64,000 nt of DNA from the human T2T-CHM13v2.0 reference genome, Homo sapiens. The stretch lies in the NCBI RefSeq assembly GCF_009914755.1, contig NC_060947.1; one strand, written 5' to 3'. The translations under genes were made by a program, and so were the position numbers. The notes under the pieces were generated by a model. The model saw only the letters and a list, made by a program, of their open reading frames with translations. It searched no databases and was not told the origin of the DNA. The stretch's first letter is position 1; each line of letters opens with the position of its first letter. Positions 14,991-28,854 of the stretch are shown here, piece after piece.

Positions 14991-15303
14991 TGCCTGGCGC
15001 AGTGGCTCACGCCTGTAATCCTGGCACTTTGGGAGGCCAGGGCAGGCAGATCACCTGAGGCCAGGAGTTCAAGACAAGTCTGGCCAACATGGTGAAATCC
15101 CATCTTTACTAAAAATACAAAAAATAGCCAGACATGGTGTCACATGCCTGTAATCACAGCTACTTGGGAGACTGAGGCACAAGAATCACTAGAATCCAGG
15201 AGGCGGAGGCTGCAGTGAGCCAAGATCACGCCACTGCACTCTAGCCTGCACGACAGAGTGAGATTCCATCTCAAAAAACAACAACAAAACCATCAAACAA
15301 ACA
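14991..15303 (+). mobile_element. Alu (S-type)
   Basis: Full Alu with TSD aaacctaataa (14980-14990 / 15304-15314). Confidence 0.95.
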
Positions 15304-15328
15304 AAACCTAATAACTTCTATGCACGCG

Positions 15329-15367
<39 letters not shown>

Positions 15368-16184
15368 ATATATATTAACCTCTACAGGTATATATATACC
15401 TGTCAGAAGTTATTAGGTTTTTAACACAATATTTCAAGAGGTAACTTAGGGCAAATAAAAGTCAATTTTATTTTCAATGTGACTTTTTTAAATAAATAGT
15501 CATAAAAAATACCTAACAAAACAAAATATGTGTGTATATATACATACACACATACGTGTATTTGTATGTATTTACTATATATGTAATATACATTTTCTTA
15601 TATATGTACACATATTATACATACATATATTTTTTCCTTGTTATGAGATTGTGGAAAAGTTTGCGTTCTGTTGCATCATACTTTTCTCCGTAGTCAGGAC
15701 ACAGCAGCTGATTAATAGGTGGAATTTCTGTCACAGGACTTTTTGGTGGTGTGGGACAAGGATTCTGAAGGGCTGGCACCTTTGGTGAATTCTCCTTTTG
15801 CTGTCTATGTAGCAAAAGGAGACATCTAAAAGCAGCCCAACTATTGTTCCTAGTCAAATCATTCACAACTCGCCCTTAGCGTTTCTTGTGTGTGTACCTG
15901 ACATGGTAAATGGTTCTAGTCATTCCAGAAAAACAAAATTAGTCTAGATTTATACAAAATCATCCCGCTCTTCAATTTCTGAGTATGCTGTAATAGAGGC
16001 TATAAAGGCAATTGATTTCAATTAAGAGCCCTAAAATATATATTTTAAGAAGCATAAAGTCACTCAAGTATTTGGAAGATAGAGTAATTATTACTGCCCA
16101 CGAAGGCTTTTGCTACTCTTTTGAACTTAGCCAATTCACCATAATGAAGAGGTTCTTTATTCTGTTCAGTTAAACACTAAAGGA

Positions 16185-16490
<306 letters not shown>

Positions 16491-16740
16491 ATAAGCATAA
16501 CTTAAGCATATGTCACTCATCTCTCTTTCAGTGTGACTGTGTTCACTCATTTTGTGTAGTGAGCTGTATTATTGGTTCAAAATAGTTCCTATCCTTTCCT
16601 GGAGAGGTATTATTCTTTTCCCACCTTCTAATATCAGTCTACCTAAGTAACAAGCAAGTCCACCCACAACCGACATGAACTTCAGAAAAAGGAAATAAGC
16701 CTTTGTTGTTACAAACTGCTAAAATTGTGGAGGTTTTTTT

Positions 16741-17050
16741 ATGGAAGATTTTTAGGGTTGCAGAACTATACTGTGTGATACTGTAATGGTGGATTTATGT
16801 TATTACGGATTTGTCTGAACCCACAGAATGTACACCACCACCAAGACTGTAGCCTACTGTAAAGGACGGACTTTGGGTGATGAAGATGTCAGTGTAAGTT
16901 CATGGATTGTAACAAACACACCCCTCTGGTGGGTGATGTGGAAAATAGGGAAGACCGTCCATGTATGGGGGCAGGGGATATATGAGAACTCTCTGTACGT
17001 TCCCCTCTATTTTGTTGTGAACCTAAAACTGCGCTAATAAAGTCTTAAAA
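16741..17050 (+). mobile_element. L1MC-type 3' end
   Basis: gatactgtaatggtggat...ggactttgggtgat...tgtgaacctaaaactgcgctaataaa. Confidence 0.8.
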
Positions 17051-18859
17051 AAGACACACAATGTAGAATAAAAGACAACCACAGTCCTCTCAGGAACACT
17101 CTAAAGGAACACTTAGGGAATCATTTGTGATTTTTCATGGAGTAAAATAAGATGCAGTTTCTTTATTACAGAGACATAAGAACAGTCTGAGATAAAAAGG
17201 ATGCGTTGGCAAAGCATACTCCAATAAAATATAAAGTGTATTGAAAGAATTAAAATCCAGACCACTCATAAGGAAAAATACAGAAACAGATGTACCTTAG
17301 ATCTGAGTAAAGGGACGCAACCAGTGATATACAAAAGACACTGCAAAAAGTGATTGTTTCAGGAGATACTATGTGAACACTGCATCTACTGAAAATCAAT
17401 ATATTTGCAAATCTTGGTCTTGAGGTAAAGATAATTTACAAGAGAATAACCATAAGAAGGTGAGACTGTCAATAGAAAAATCTATATGATCAAATTCTGG
17501 GCATTCACTCAGGTGTAAACACCTTTAGCACCCCCAAGCACAGAAAATCCTAAAAGTTCTTCATCCAAAACGCAGTTCAAAGGCCAAGAACACTAAAATG
17601 TAAAAGTTACTTGTAAAGAATCTTAACACGTTCTGATTATTCCTCCAATGATCATTATAATAAATAGCGTAAAATATTAAATTAAAAAAAAACTATGCAG
17701 TGACCTAATAAGGAATTAGGTTGACTCTACAAATACAGTAAGATGGTTCAATGGGAAGAAGTAGGGTGTTTTGCTTTGTCTCATTCACAGTTGAAGGAAA
17801 GAAGTCAGGTGATAGCTGAGGGAAAGATCAAAGGAGAAAAAAGCTATTTGAAAGATGGCAAATAGTATCTGGTACTATTAATGTATTTAATTTAAAAAGT
17901 AGAGTACATGGAATATTTATTTTGGCAGGAAATCCTTTTTAATCTTATCAACAAATAGGAAAAGAAATGTTGCACTAAGTGAATTTTCACTAAAAGTATA
18001 AACAGGGCAATGATGTTCATCATCACCATCATATTTCAAGATACTTCTACAGACTCGAAGCCTATATGTTTTTATTAAAAAGTATTGAGAACTGAAAATA
18101 TCAGAAAGAAGGAGACAAAATAAAGTCACTCCTGCATATGACTATCCAACAAGAGAAAGAGAATCTAGAGAATCAGCTAAATAATTTAGAATGAGTCACT
18201 TATTATTTAGAATTGTATAAAATTAACACAAAATGATTTGTCATATATATGCACATAAATATATTTGAAAAAATTCTTTGCACATTCATGATAAATGTTC
18301 TAGCAACAACTCTAAGAAGTGTACAGCACATGTTACATAAAATATATAAAATAACAAGAAACATAAAAGAACGCTTACATATTTAAAAACATTCATTGAT
18401 CCAGGTATAAATCAAGAGTGTAATAGTATCGATACCTCTTCAAAATAATTTATTACTTTAGAATTCCCAATAAGATCTTTGGTAACAGAACAAAATCATT
18501 ATATATTGATGATTTGAATAAAACATGAATGTTAAGTTGAATAAAACAAATAAACAACTACAGATAATTATAGCTGGAACAAAGGAAGCTTTTTCCCATC
18601 ATTACATTATTTATCCCACTAGTGATAATTTGAATACAATAAAGTCATTCTTTTTAAAAAGTACCATTAGCTAAAAATTTGAAAAAAGAGGGAGTTATAA
18701 CAATCTCAACTTAAAACAAAATAAATATGAATTAATAATGTATGCTTAAAACAATGAGCATGTTTGTTGAAATGTATATAATGCTGAGGTTGATATTGTG
18801 AACCAATGTATATTTATTAATAAAGAAGGCATTTATTAATGAAGATGATGGCATTTTTG

Positions 18860-19325
18860 CTGCATATATATATGCGCATAGACGATTATATGGTCAGCTT
18901 TTACAATGGTATTCTTTAAATGTGGTCATGAGTATGTACAAAAACACAAATACACATATATGCACATACACTTTTATCACATTAATGTTATATATATACT
19001 ATATATACACATAAACACATATATACACACACTGTTACAATCATTTGTATATATTATAAACACATATATATATACACGTCTGTATACATACATATATAGT
19101 ATACACAGAACCTAATTGTGTATAAAATGTATATATAATGTATCCATAATATACATTATATACTAATGCTTATATTATATATAAATATATAATTATACAT
19201 ACATTATTTATTTCAATAAATAATAGAATCATTTAGGATATATACACATATATGTATACTTTTGTGTACACATATATACATATACATTTTTAATAAAGAA
19301 TGACATTACTCAGGAAATATATACA
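18860..19325. repeat. Degenerate TA/CA-rich low-complexity tract
   Basis: tatatacac/acatat iterations. Confidence 0.85.
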
Positions 19326-19446
19326 TAAATCAGAAAAGAAAGATCACTGAAGGTAGTCAAAAAAGTAAGTGACATCGTGACAGTGAACCAGTAGTGGTCT
19401 TAGCAAGTGTGGGAAAGAGAGGGAACCAACTGGTAAAGAAAACATG

Positions 19447-19705
19447 AAGGCTGAGGCAGGCGGATCACTTGAGCCCCGGAGTTCGAGACCAGCCTGGGCA
19501 ACATGGTAAAACCCAGTATCTACTAACAACACAAAAATTAGCTGGTCGTGGGGTGTGCACCTGCAGTCCCAGCTACTTGGGGGCGCTGAGGTGGGAGGAT
19601 CACCTAAGCCCGGGACCAAGGCTGCAGCGAGCTACGATCATGCTACTGCACTCCAATCTGGGTGACAGAGCAAGGCCTTGTCTCAAAAACAAAACAAAAT
19701 TTTTA
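19447..19705 (+). mobile_element. AluJ, 5'-truncated
   Basis: Starts at gaaggctgaggcaggcggatcacttgagccc and runs to the A-tail. Confidence 0.9.
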
Positions 19706-20694
19706 AAAAGAGATGGATGATGGAGTAGGAAGATGGAAATATCTGAAAGGAATCAGACGCGATTGAAAAATACCTTTGTCACTTTAGCAGCCTTGCAGAG
19801 GCTGTTATTTCCAGAATAATTCACAAAAAGAGCTAGACATGGAGACATATCCTGGCAGTTTATTGTAAAATTAGTGAAATAAAGAAAAACAAACAAAATG
19901 TCCAGGATTGAGGGAGAAAAACAAAAGGTGTCTCTACAATAGAGGACACCTTTGGAGGTATGTGTGCAGATTATCTGCCCACTCCATCTAAAATGAGGTA
20001 GGTGGTCCCTGTGTCTAAGGTGGTGAGGACGTGCACCACTCCACCCCACATGGGCCCTCCATACTCCTGGCTGGGATCTGAGTGCAGGTGACTTGGATGT
20101 AGGCCTCTTGGGTGGCTCATTTTCTCAAAGAAGCCAAACATGCTCAAAGCAGCATGCAAGTGAAGGCTGAGCTGAGAAAGCCTGGGCCCCTGGAAGGAAA
20201 AACAGCCTGGTCATGGGTTCTGTTCTTGGTTCGTGGTCCCATGAAATTCCCGCTGTGCCCTGTCCTGTGCTTCCACCAGCTGCCATTGCTCTCAAGCCCT
20301 CTGTGCTCTGTTGGTTTGTTTGCGATCCACTCTGTGAAATGTCTTTATGACCACGCTACAAACACGCACAATTTCACTCACCTTAGAACTCTCTGACACG
20401 AGACGCAGTTGATAATGGAACAAGATCTACCATGTTTTGGTACAAAACCTTTCCCAATCTCTCCTTTGAAAAGGTATTTTTAGAGATTAGCATGCTAAGA
20501 AAGTCCATCTAACTTAGGCATAGAGTAAAAATCACAGGATAATTCACTCTAAGAAATCAAGCTCAGGGCAACTCCAACAAGCTCAAGAATGAAGTCAGGA
20601 TTCAAGTTAAGAATGGGGAAGGTATGGCCTGGAAGCACTGATGATTCAAGACTGAAGAATCATCATTTCAAAGATGTTATTAAAGAATATGAGT

Positions 20695-21237
20695 TTTCTA
20701 ATAATCGCCATTCTGACTTGCGTGAGATGGTTTCTCAATGTGGACATGCAAGTGTATGTTCATTGCAGCGCTATTCACAATCGCAAAGACATGGAATCAA
20801 CCCAAATGCCCATCAATGATTGACTGGATAAAGCAAATGTGGTACATATACACCATGGAATACTATGCAGCCATAAAACAGAACAAGATCATGTCCTTTG
20901 CAGAGACATGGATGGAGGTGGAAGCCATTATCCTCAGCAAACTAATGCAGGAACAGAAAACCAAACACCACATGTTCTCACTTATAAGTGGGAGCTGAAC
21001 AATTGGAACACATGGACACAGGGAGGGAAACAACACACACTAGGGTCTGTCAGGGAGGGCGGGGGGAAGGGAGAGCATTAGCATAAATAGCTAATGGATG
21101 CGGGGCTTAATACCTAGGTGATGGATTGGTAGGGGCAGCAAACCCCCATGGCACACGTTTACCTATGCAACACACCTGCATGTCCTGCACATGGATCCCA
21201 GAACTTAAAATAAAATAAAATAAAATAAAATTTTAAA
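20695..21237 (+). mobile_element. 5'-truncated primate L1 (L1PA-type) with a short 5' inversion
   Basis: ORF2 C-terminus (MFIAALFTIAKTWNQPKCPSMIDWIK...), 3'UTR, (TAAAA)n tail; 20695-20742 is inverted L1 sequence; TSD aaagaatatgagt/aaagaataagggt. Confidence 0.9.
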
Positions 21238-21363
21238 AAAGAATAAGGGTATGCCAAATGAACATTATTTTTGCATATAGATATTTGTAAAATATTAAGA
21301 AACCATGTACAAAAGTTGTGAGTGATAATTCAAAAATTCAGATGATAACAGGAGGATGTAAAG

Positions 21364-21998
21364 TGAAAGGCTGGCAGAATCTGCCACCCCAGAAATGCTA
21401 TGTTGGTGTATGGTCATTTAAGCTCCAGGCCAGGAAAGGGGAAGGGAGGGGAGGGGAGGGGAGGGGAGGGGAGGGGAGGGGAGGGGAGGGGAGGGGAGGG
21501 GAGGGGAGGGGAGGGGAGGGGAGGGGAGGGGAGGGGAGGGGAGGGGAGGGGAGGGGAGGAAAAAAACAGCAGGTACAAGAAAGCTGCTCTGATCCTGTTT
21601 TCCTTTCTGAAAGCAAGAGATGAAACTCCTGTATGGACTGTGCCCTCCCTATACCAGAAGGAAAAAGCATTCTTGTCATTGAGAAGGGGAGGCTGAAATA
21701 AGAGAATTGTGTACTAAAAGACCATGTTAAAATAAACCACATATTTCTTTAGCCTCCACATAGGTTAGCTACTTTTCCATCATCGTCTGTCTTTGTTCAA
21801 CCTTCTCTAAAAGCACTGAAGTGTCGCCACTTCTTTGAGTCTTCGTTTCCATCTGAGGGTTTTCTCATGTCACAGAAACCTTAAATTACATGGGTTTGTA
21901 TGTTTTTCTCCTGCTGATCTGTCCTTTGTCCATTTAATTCTCAGGACCATCAGAAAAAACTCTTAAGAGGGTGAAAGTAAAATTATGCCTTCTCTACA
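21364..21998 (+). mobile_element. ERV1 solo LTR, MER34-like, containing a (GGGGA)n expansion
   Basis: tgaaaggctggcagaatctgccacccc...ccttctctaca; TG..CA ends; 4-bp TSD aaag/aaag. Confidence 0.78.
21438..21557. repeat. (GGGGA)n pentamer repeat, about 23 units
   Basis: Near-perfect array inside a pure purine tract 21432-21567. Confidence 0.98.
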
Positions 21999-22587
21999 AA
22001 AGGAAAAATAAAATGGGGGGGGGGTCACAAAATACCTTAAAGAGCTACTCAAATGAAGAAAATAATGCCAAGTAAATTTTTTAAATCTTAAAAATGGCTC
22101 TGGATAGAATGCAGGGTATGTTATCATCATTGTGATTACTTCCAGTGCTGTAATGAGGAGTGACTGTGCTCTCCACACCGTTCACCATAGAAACTGTTGC
22201 CTTCCTCAGAGATGCTCAGAAAATACTCATGCGCATGAATACAATTAATGCAATGGAATGAATCCTTTCAGCGCCAGGTAAATCCTGATGTTGGAACCAG
22301 GATCCCTGGTTTGGGAAAGGTGGCAGAGAATCTATCTTTCTCCCACTTCAGAGCCACAGAATGCTTTTGGTAGGAAGGTAAGCTTCCTCCCACTGTAAAA
22401 TGATAGCACTGAGGATAGTGAACAAGAAGACCCAGTGTTGCCCTCAGGGAGCCTTATGCAACAATTAATTCAATAATCACTAAATCACTGAATTCCTGCT
22501 GTGAAAATGTTATTAATGAGCATGTAGACATATACATGTGTGATTACAGATAGCTATAGAGATGGATTGATACATAGGGATTAAGAG

Positions 22588-23055
22588 GTCTATCTATCCA
22601 TCTCTACCATCTATCATCTACCTGTCTATCTATCCATCTCTGTCCTCTACCTACCTACCTGTCTGTCTATTTACCTATCTACCTGTCTATTCATCTCTAT
22701 CTAAATTTATATCTACTTATTTACCTACCTATCTATCCATCTCTATCATCTATCCATCTCTAACATCTTTATATCTACCATATATCTACCTGTCTACCCA
22801 TCTCTATCTATCATCTATCCATGTATCCATATCTGTCTATGCATCTATGTATCTATCTGCCTTTCTATCATTTATCTATCCATCTCTATCTACCTATATC
22901 TATCATCTCTATCCATGTATCTATCCATCGATCTATCATCTATCCACCTATTCATATCTATCTATTTATCTATCTATTCTTACACATATATCATCTATCT
23001 ACCTTTCTATCTATCCATCTCCATCATCTATTCACCCATGTCTGTCTGTCTGTCC

Positions 23056-23092
<37 letters not shown>

Positions 23093-23135
23093 ACTATCTA
23101 TATCTATCAACCTACCTATCTGCTTACCTATTTAT
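22588..23135. repeat. Long degenerate (TCTA/TCCA/TCTG)n array with a pure TCTA run near 23057-23092
   Basis: Directly visible. Confidence 0.95.
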
Positions 23136-23326
23136 CTCCTGGTGACCCCATCTTCTCTAATGATTGAGTACTGAATATTACTCCTAGCCCAAGATGATCT
23201 GAATTAGGAGTTAAGGAGTTAGAAAGGAAGTTGTAAGGAAATATTCCAGAAAAGGTGAAGGAGAGTCCCCACAAGATGAGACCAGAGGATTGGGCAGTGT
23301 CAGGTCATGGGCAAAGCTTGACGGGG

Positions 23327-24048
23327 TGTACTGTGTTGAATAATGTCCCAAAAATTCACATCCACCAGAATCTCAGAATGTGTTCCTATGTGGAAATATA
23401 TAACACCCCACATCCTTATCTATGAGGATATGTTTCAAGGCCTGAAACTGCAGCTAGTATCAAATTGTATAGATACTATGTTGTCTCCTATGTATTAATG
23501 TCTATGATAAAGTTTAATTTATAAATTATACACAGCAAGAGATTAACTCTTAATATCTCAAGAGTTAACTGACTAAGCCTAGAGATTAAATGATCACAGG
23601 GAACTGAAACCCTGGAAAGCAAAACCATGGATAAAAAGGTACTACTGCAGGGTCTTTGCAGATGTGATCACGTAATTTCTTTGGAGATAAAATCATCACA
23701 GATTTGCAGTGGTCCCTAGACCCAATGACTAGTATCCTTTTAAGAAGAGGAGAGGATCCAGAAACATATGGAGAGAAGAAGGCCTTGTAAAGATGAAGAC
23801 AGACATTGAAGTGACGCTTCCAAGAAAAGCCAAAAGTTAACCGGCAGCCCCCCAGAAAGTAGGAGAGAGACAAGGAACAAATTCTCCCTCGGAGGCTCCA
23901 GAAGAAACCAACCATGCCAACACCTTGATTTTGGTCTTCTGGCCTCCAGAACCGGGAGAGAATATATTTCTGTTGTTGTAAGTCACCCAGTTTACACCAT
24001 TTACCACCCAGTGTTAATATATTATAGAAACCCTAGGAAGTTTATACA
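23327..24048 (+). mobile_element. MLT1B/C-type LTR interrupted by a MER44-like (Tigger-derived) element at about 23402-23648
   Basis: LTR ...tggaaata | gggtctttgcagatgt... is split by an insert containing atgataaagtttaatttataaatta and ending ggataaaaaggtactactg. Confidence 0.8.
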
Positions 24049-24059
24049 TTAGAGCATTT

Positions 24060-24637
24060 ATGACTCAGAAGGACCTAATAAGCCATGCCCTCCCGTAATC
24101 CCAGGAAGTTGAATTTGAGCCGGACCTATGAGGTTGATAGAAGTCATCCCTTGAGTGTATTACATTACCTAGGAAATAGGATGGGATGCCATTGCCTTGA
24201 TTAGGTTATGTTATCTAAGATTATTTTATTAGCCGACTGGAAGTAAGAGATTCTCCTGCTGGACTTGAAGATACGTGTCGCCGTATTGGGAGACAGTCCC
24301 TGAGATGGCTTCATGGCAAGAAGCTGCCTGGGGGACCTCTAGGAGCTGACATCGACCCCTGCTGACATCCACCAAGAAAGAGGGGACCTCAATCCTACAA
24401 CCAAAATAAACCAGATTCTGCCAATACCTGAGTGACCTTGGAAAAGGACCATGAGCCTCCCGAGAGTCATGCTGCCCAGCCGACACCTTGATAGCATCTC
24501 TGTGTGGCACTGAGGAGGAAATCCAGCTCAGACATGCCCAGACGCCTGACCACAGAAATTGTGACATAATAAATGTGTGTGATTTTAAGCCACTGAGTTT
24601 GCAGTAATTCAATATGCAGCAAAAGAAAACTAATACA
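24060..24637 (+). mobile_element. MLT1E/F-type LTR
   Basis: ggggacctcaatcctacaacc, gacaccttgatagc; ends gcagcaaaagaaaactaataca. Confidence 0.78.
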
Positions 24638-26611
24638 CACAGGCAGCCAATGCAATCTTACTCATCTATTCTCTTTCTGACCGCACATCACCAGTTATGT
24701 AAGGAATCTGTTTAGCCAGCCCCACAAATTCCCTGAAATTTCAGGTAATGTGAATTCTGTTAGGGACCCAAGAAAGGCAGGACTTGAAGGCGTGCCAGCC
24801 AGCACCAGCAAGCCATCTGGAGTTCAGCAGTCTGCACGGGCATTTGGGCTGCCTGTCAGCTGTCCTGTGGTGTGGGGGCAGTACGCAGAGAGCATCCCCG
24901 TCTGTTCAAAACACACCAAATTGGCCACCTCCATCTCTACAGGCCAACCTGTGTATGTGTGCCTTTCCCAACTGTTTTTGTTATATTTAGAATTGAAGCC
25001 CCTATTGGGATTAAAGAATATTATGTATCCCATGATACCGCAACTGCTTCTAAATGTATAACACAGAATGGGCACAGCAGCACATTATTTCTGCACATAT
25101 CAGTAGATTCCATAGAAGCTTCTGACATCACAAATTATAACAGAGTTCAGAAATAAAAGCAGTACCTGGATTGGTTCTGAGGCTTCCCTGGTGTTTTGAA
25201 AACGTTTCTCTGGTGTGAAAAAGAATGTTTCCTCGCTTCTTTTAATTTGCCTCCTTCCACTTTTAATTCACTCTCCTTTCTCTACATCAGCTCCAAGTGC
25301 CTCCTCCAACCCTACTGAGGCACCACACTTGCTCAGATGGACACCCACCATATTACATGTGAAATTATAATGGCTGGAAAGCCCATGACTGAGGCTGATG
25401 AGACAAAGAAATCCCCCCATGAGACTGAAGCTGCGCTGTCTGCCAAGTCTGACTTTGCCCTTTTGGTCTGTGAAAACGGAAATCTGGACTAAGATGGGAT
25501 GCTTCAGTGAAGATGCAACAATTATCTGCATCCTCAAATGGCGTGTACACAGAGTAATAACCCGGGAAGGAGCAAGCATTTCCATTTACAGCATGAATTC
25601 AAAGGGAACACAAATCACTCATTTAGCAGCTTGTGAGCAGTTTAGGAAGATCATGTTTCTCCACTTGTTCATGCAGCAGACTGGAACTCCACGAGCATGC
25701 TGGCTCAGGGCATCACAGAGCTGCAGCAAGCACCTCCAGCCACACACAAGTGGAAGATGGCCAATGGGTTTCTCAGCGCTCAGATGGTATACAATCATCA
25801 CATAAATGAGGGGGAAGAGAGAGCTTTTTTATAGGAGGTCAAATCCCTGCATTTACGGGCATATGACTATGCATTTCCATCCAGAGAGATGGCAACCTTT
25901 CTGATTTACAGCATAAATCATTACTAGGAAGATCATTTAGAAAACACCACCCAATTTTCCAGCAGCATTTTATAAACATCATCCAAATTGACTCTGGCTC
26001 CTCCAAAAGGAATCTTTCAGTGCCTGGCACCATGCTTTACTGAGAAAGCTTTCAAAATTTTTGAGCTAACTAAGCCATTCAAAGCAGAAATACTCTATTT
26101 CAGTAGGATGCTTTCATGGCTATTAAACAGCAACATCGGGAAATAATCATTGCAGTCACCATGCATTATCACATATGTTATACATTTCACTTGAAATTCT
26201 GGTAGGTCCTTTCTTTTATCATTACTCTGCAACAGAGCCAGCTTTGTCATCAAATAGAGTTTCCAAAGAGAGAAATGATCTACAATCACGAAAGCACAGC
26301 AGCCACTAAAAATCAATAGCTTTAATGCACTGTTAGCATGAGTTAAGAAGCAATGGCTATCCCCAAGTGAAATCATTACAGCTGCCACTTAGTCAAGAAG
26401 GTGTTTAATACGTGCAACTTTTTTTTTATTTATTTTTGTCCCCAGATTAGAAATTGACATATTCATTGCAGGAATAACATTAGCTACATTTTAAGTTTCA
26501 TCATCTTTACCTAGAGAACAAAAATGTGTGTTCCAGTTGACCCTATTCTGCCAACAATACTATCAGAATTCCTATTTAGGATGAAGATAATGGTATAAAT
26601 GTAAAAACAGC

Positions 26612-27238
<627 letters not shown>

Positions 27239-27495
27239 GGAATTAAATTTTTAATGTGGCTCTCTAGAGTGATTCCATGCCAGAAAAAATCCCTGGGATT
27301 CTGTTCCTCTACAGACTACTGTACTTCTCCCAATGGATCAACAGAGCAATCTTCTGTTTTCCAATTGCCAGCAACCGTAGTTCAGGTTGTCACCTACTTA
27401 GCTGTCTCAGGTAAACACATCTCAAAAAGATGGAAGGCTGTGGCAGGCAGACAAAACCCTTCAACTGCCTGAAGCTCTTAAAGATCAAGCATTGG

Positions 27496-27945
27496 GGCTG
27501 GGCGAGGTGGCTCACACTTCTAATCCTGGCACATTGGAAGGCCTAGCCGGGAGGATCATTTGAGGCCAGGAGTGGATGATCATCCTAGTCAACATAGCAA
27601 TACTCCATCTCTACAAAGTAAAAATTAAAAAATCAGTTGGCCATGGTGGCATCTGTAGTCCTATTTACTCAGGAAGCTGAGGCAGGAGGATCACTTGAGT
27701 CCAGGAGTTGGAGGCTGTGGTGAGCTTTGATTGCACCTGGGCAAAAGAGCAAGACACTGAGAACTACTATAGGGTGCTGGTTGTGGGGGGGCTTACAAAA
27801 CTACCTATTGGATGTTATGCTCACTACCTGGGTGACAGGATCCTTCCTGCAAACCCCAGCATCAGGCAATATTTCCATTTAATAAATCTGTACATGTATC
27901 AAATAAAAGTTGAAATTTTAAAAATAATAATAAAATAATGAAATA
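27496..27945 (+). mobile_element. AluJ (27496 to about 27760) followed directly by an L1PA/PB 3' end
   Basis: Alu arms, then aaaactacctattggatgttatgctcactacctgggtgac...aaataaaagttgaaa. Confidence 0.85.
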
Positions 27946-28476
27946 AATAACATTCTGCAAATTATGCAAGAGAAGTGTCATATTTTTATATTTAACACAT
28001 TAAATATAAAAATAATTATCTGAAAAATGGATTATTCTGATATCAGTTAAATTATTCAAGTTGTAGAGGATTTGATAAATGATTTAATTAAATTGTGTAG
28101 AATTACACGGTGGTTGTATCTAAATACCTTTGAAACTGATGCTGCCAAAGATTTGTTGAATTCTTTAATTCATTGTCTGCCATGATTTGATAGTCCAAGA
28201 TGTTGGCAATTTCTTACCTTTCATATTGGTTTCCTGAACTTCATTTAAAAACAGAAAAGGAAAAGAAAGATGTCAACACTACTATATCATGCATGAATGA
28301 TACATTAATACTGTTGGTGCTCACAGCCTATTACTATTTTATCCATTCAAAATGAAGAGTCTTAAGGCCATTAATAAAGAGCTGTAATTTTAACTGGACA
28401 ATTTCATGCTGTAAAAAGATGGGTAAGTGGGACCATATGAGTCTCAGCCTAAGAGATTTAAGATAAAACAAAAACA

Positions 28477-28854
<378 letters not shown>

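Noticed and set aside
19850-20395. Possible LTR or regulatory GC-richer block
   Set aside because: Could not assign a family or boundaries from sequence alone.
20738-20998. ORF resembling a reverse-transcriptase protein C-terminus (also 37097-37339)
   Set aside because: Truncated L1 ORF2 remnants, not functional genes.
21318-21742. GEGRG / PPLPS repeat ORFs
   Set aside because: Translation of the (GGGGA)n microsatellite.
22821-23167. YLSI-rich ORFs
   Set aside because: Translation of the (TCTA)n array.
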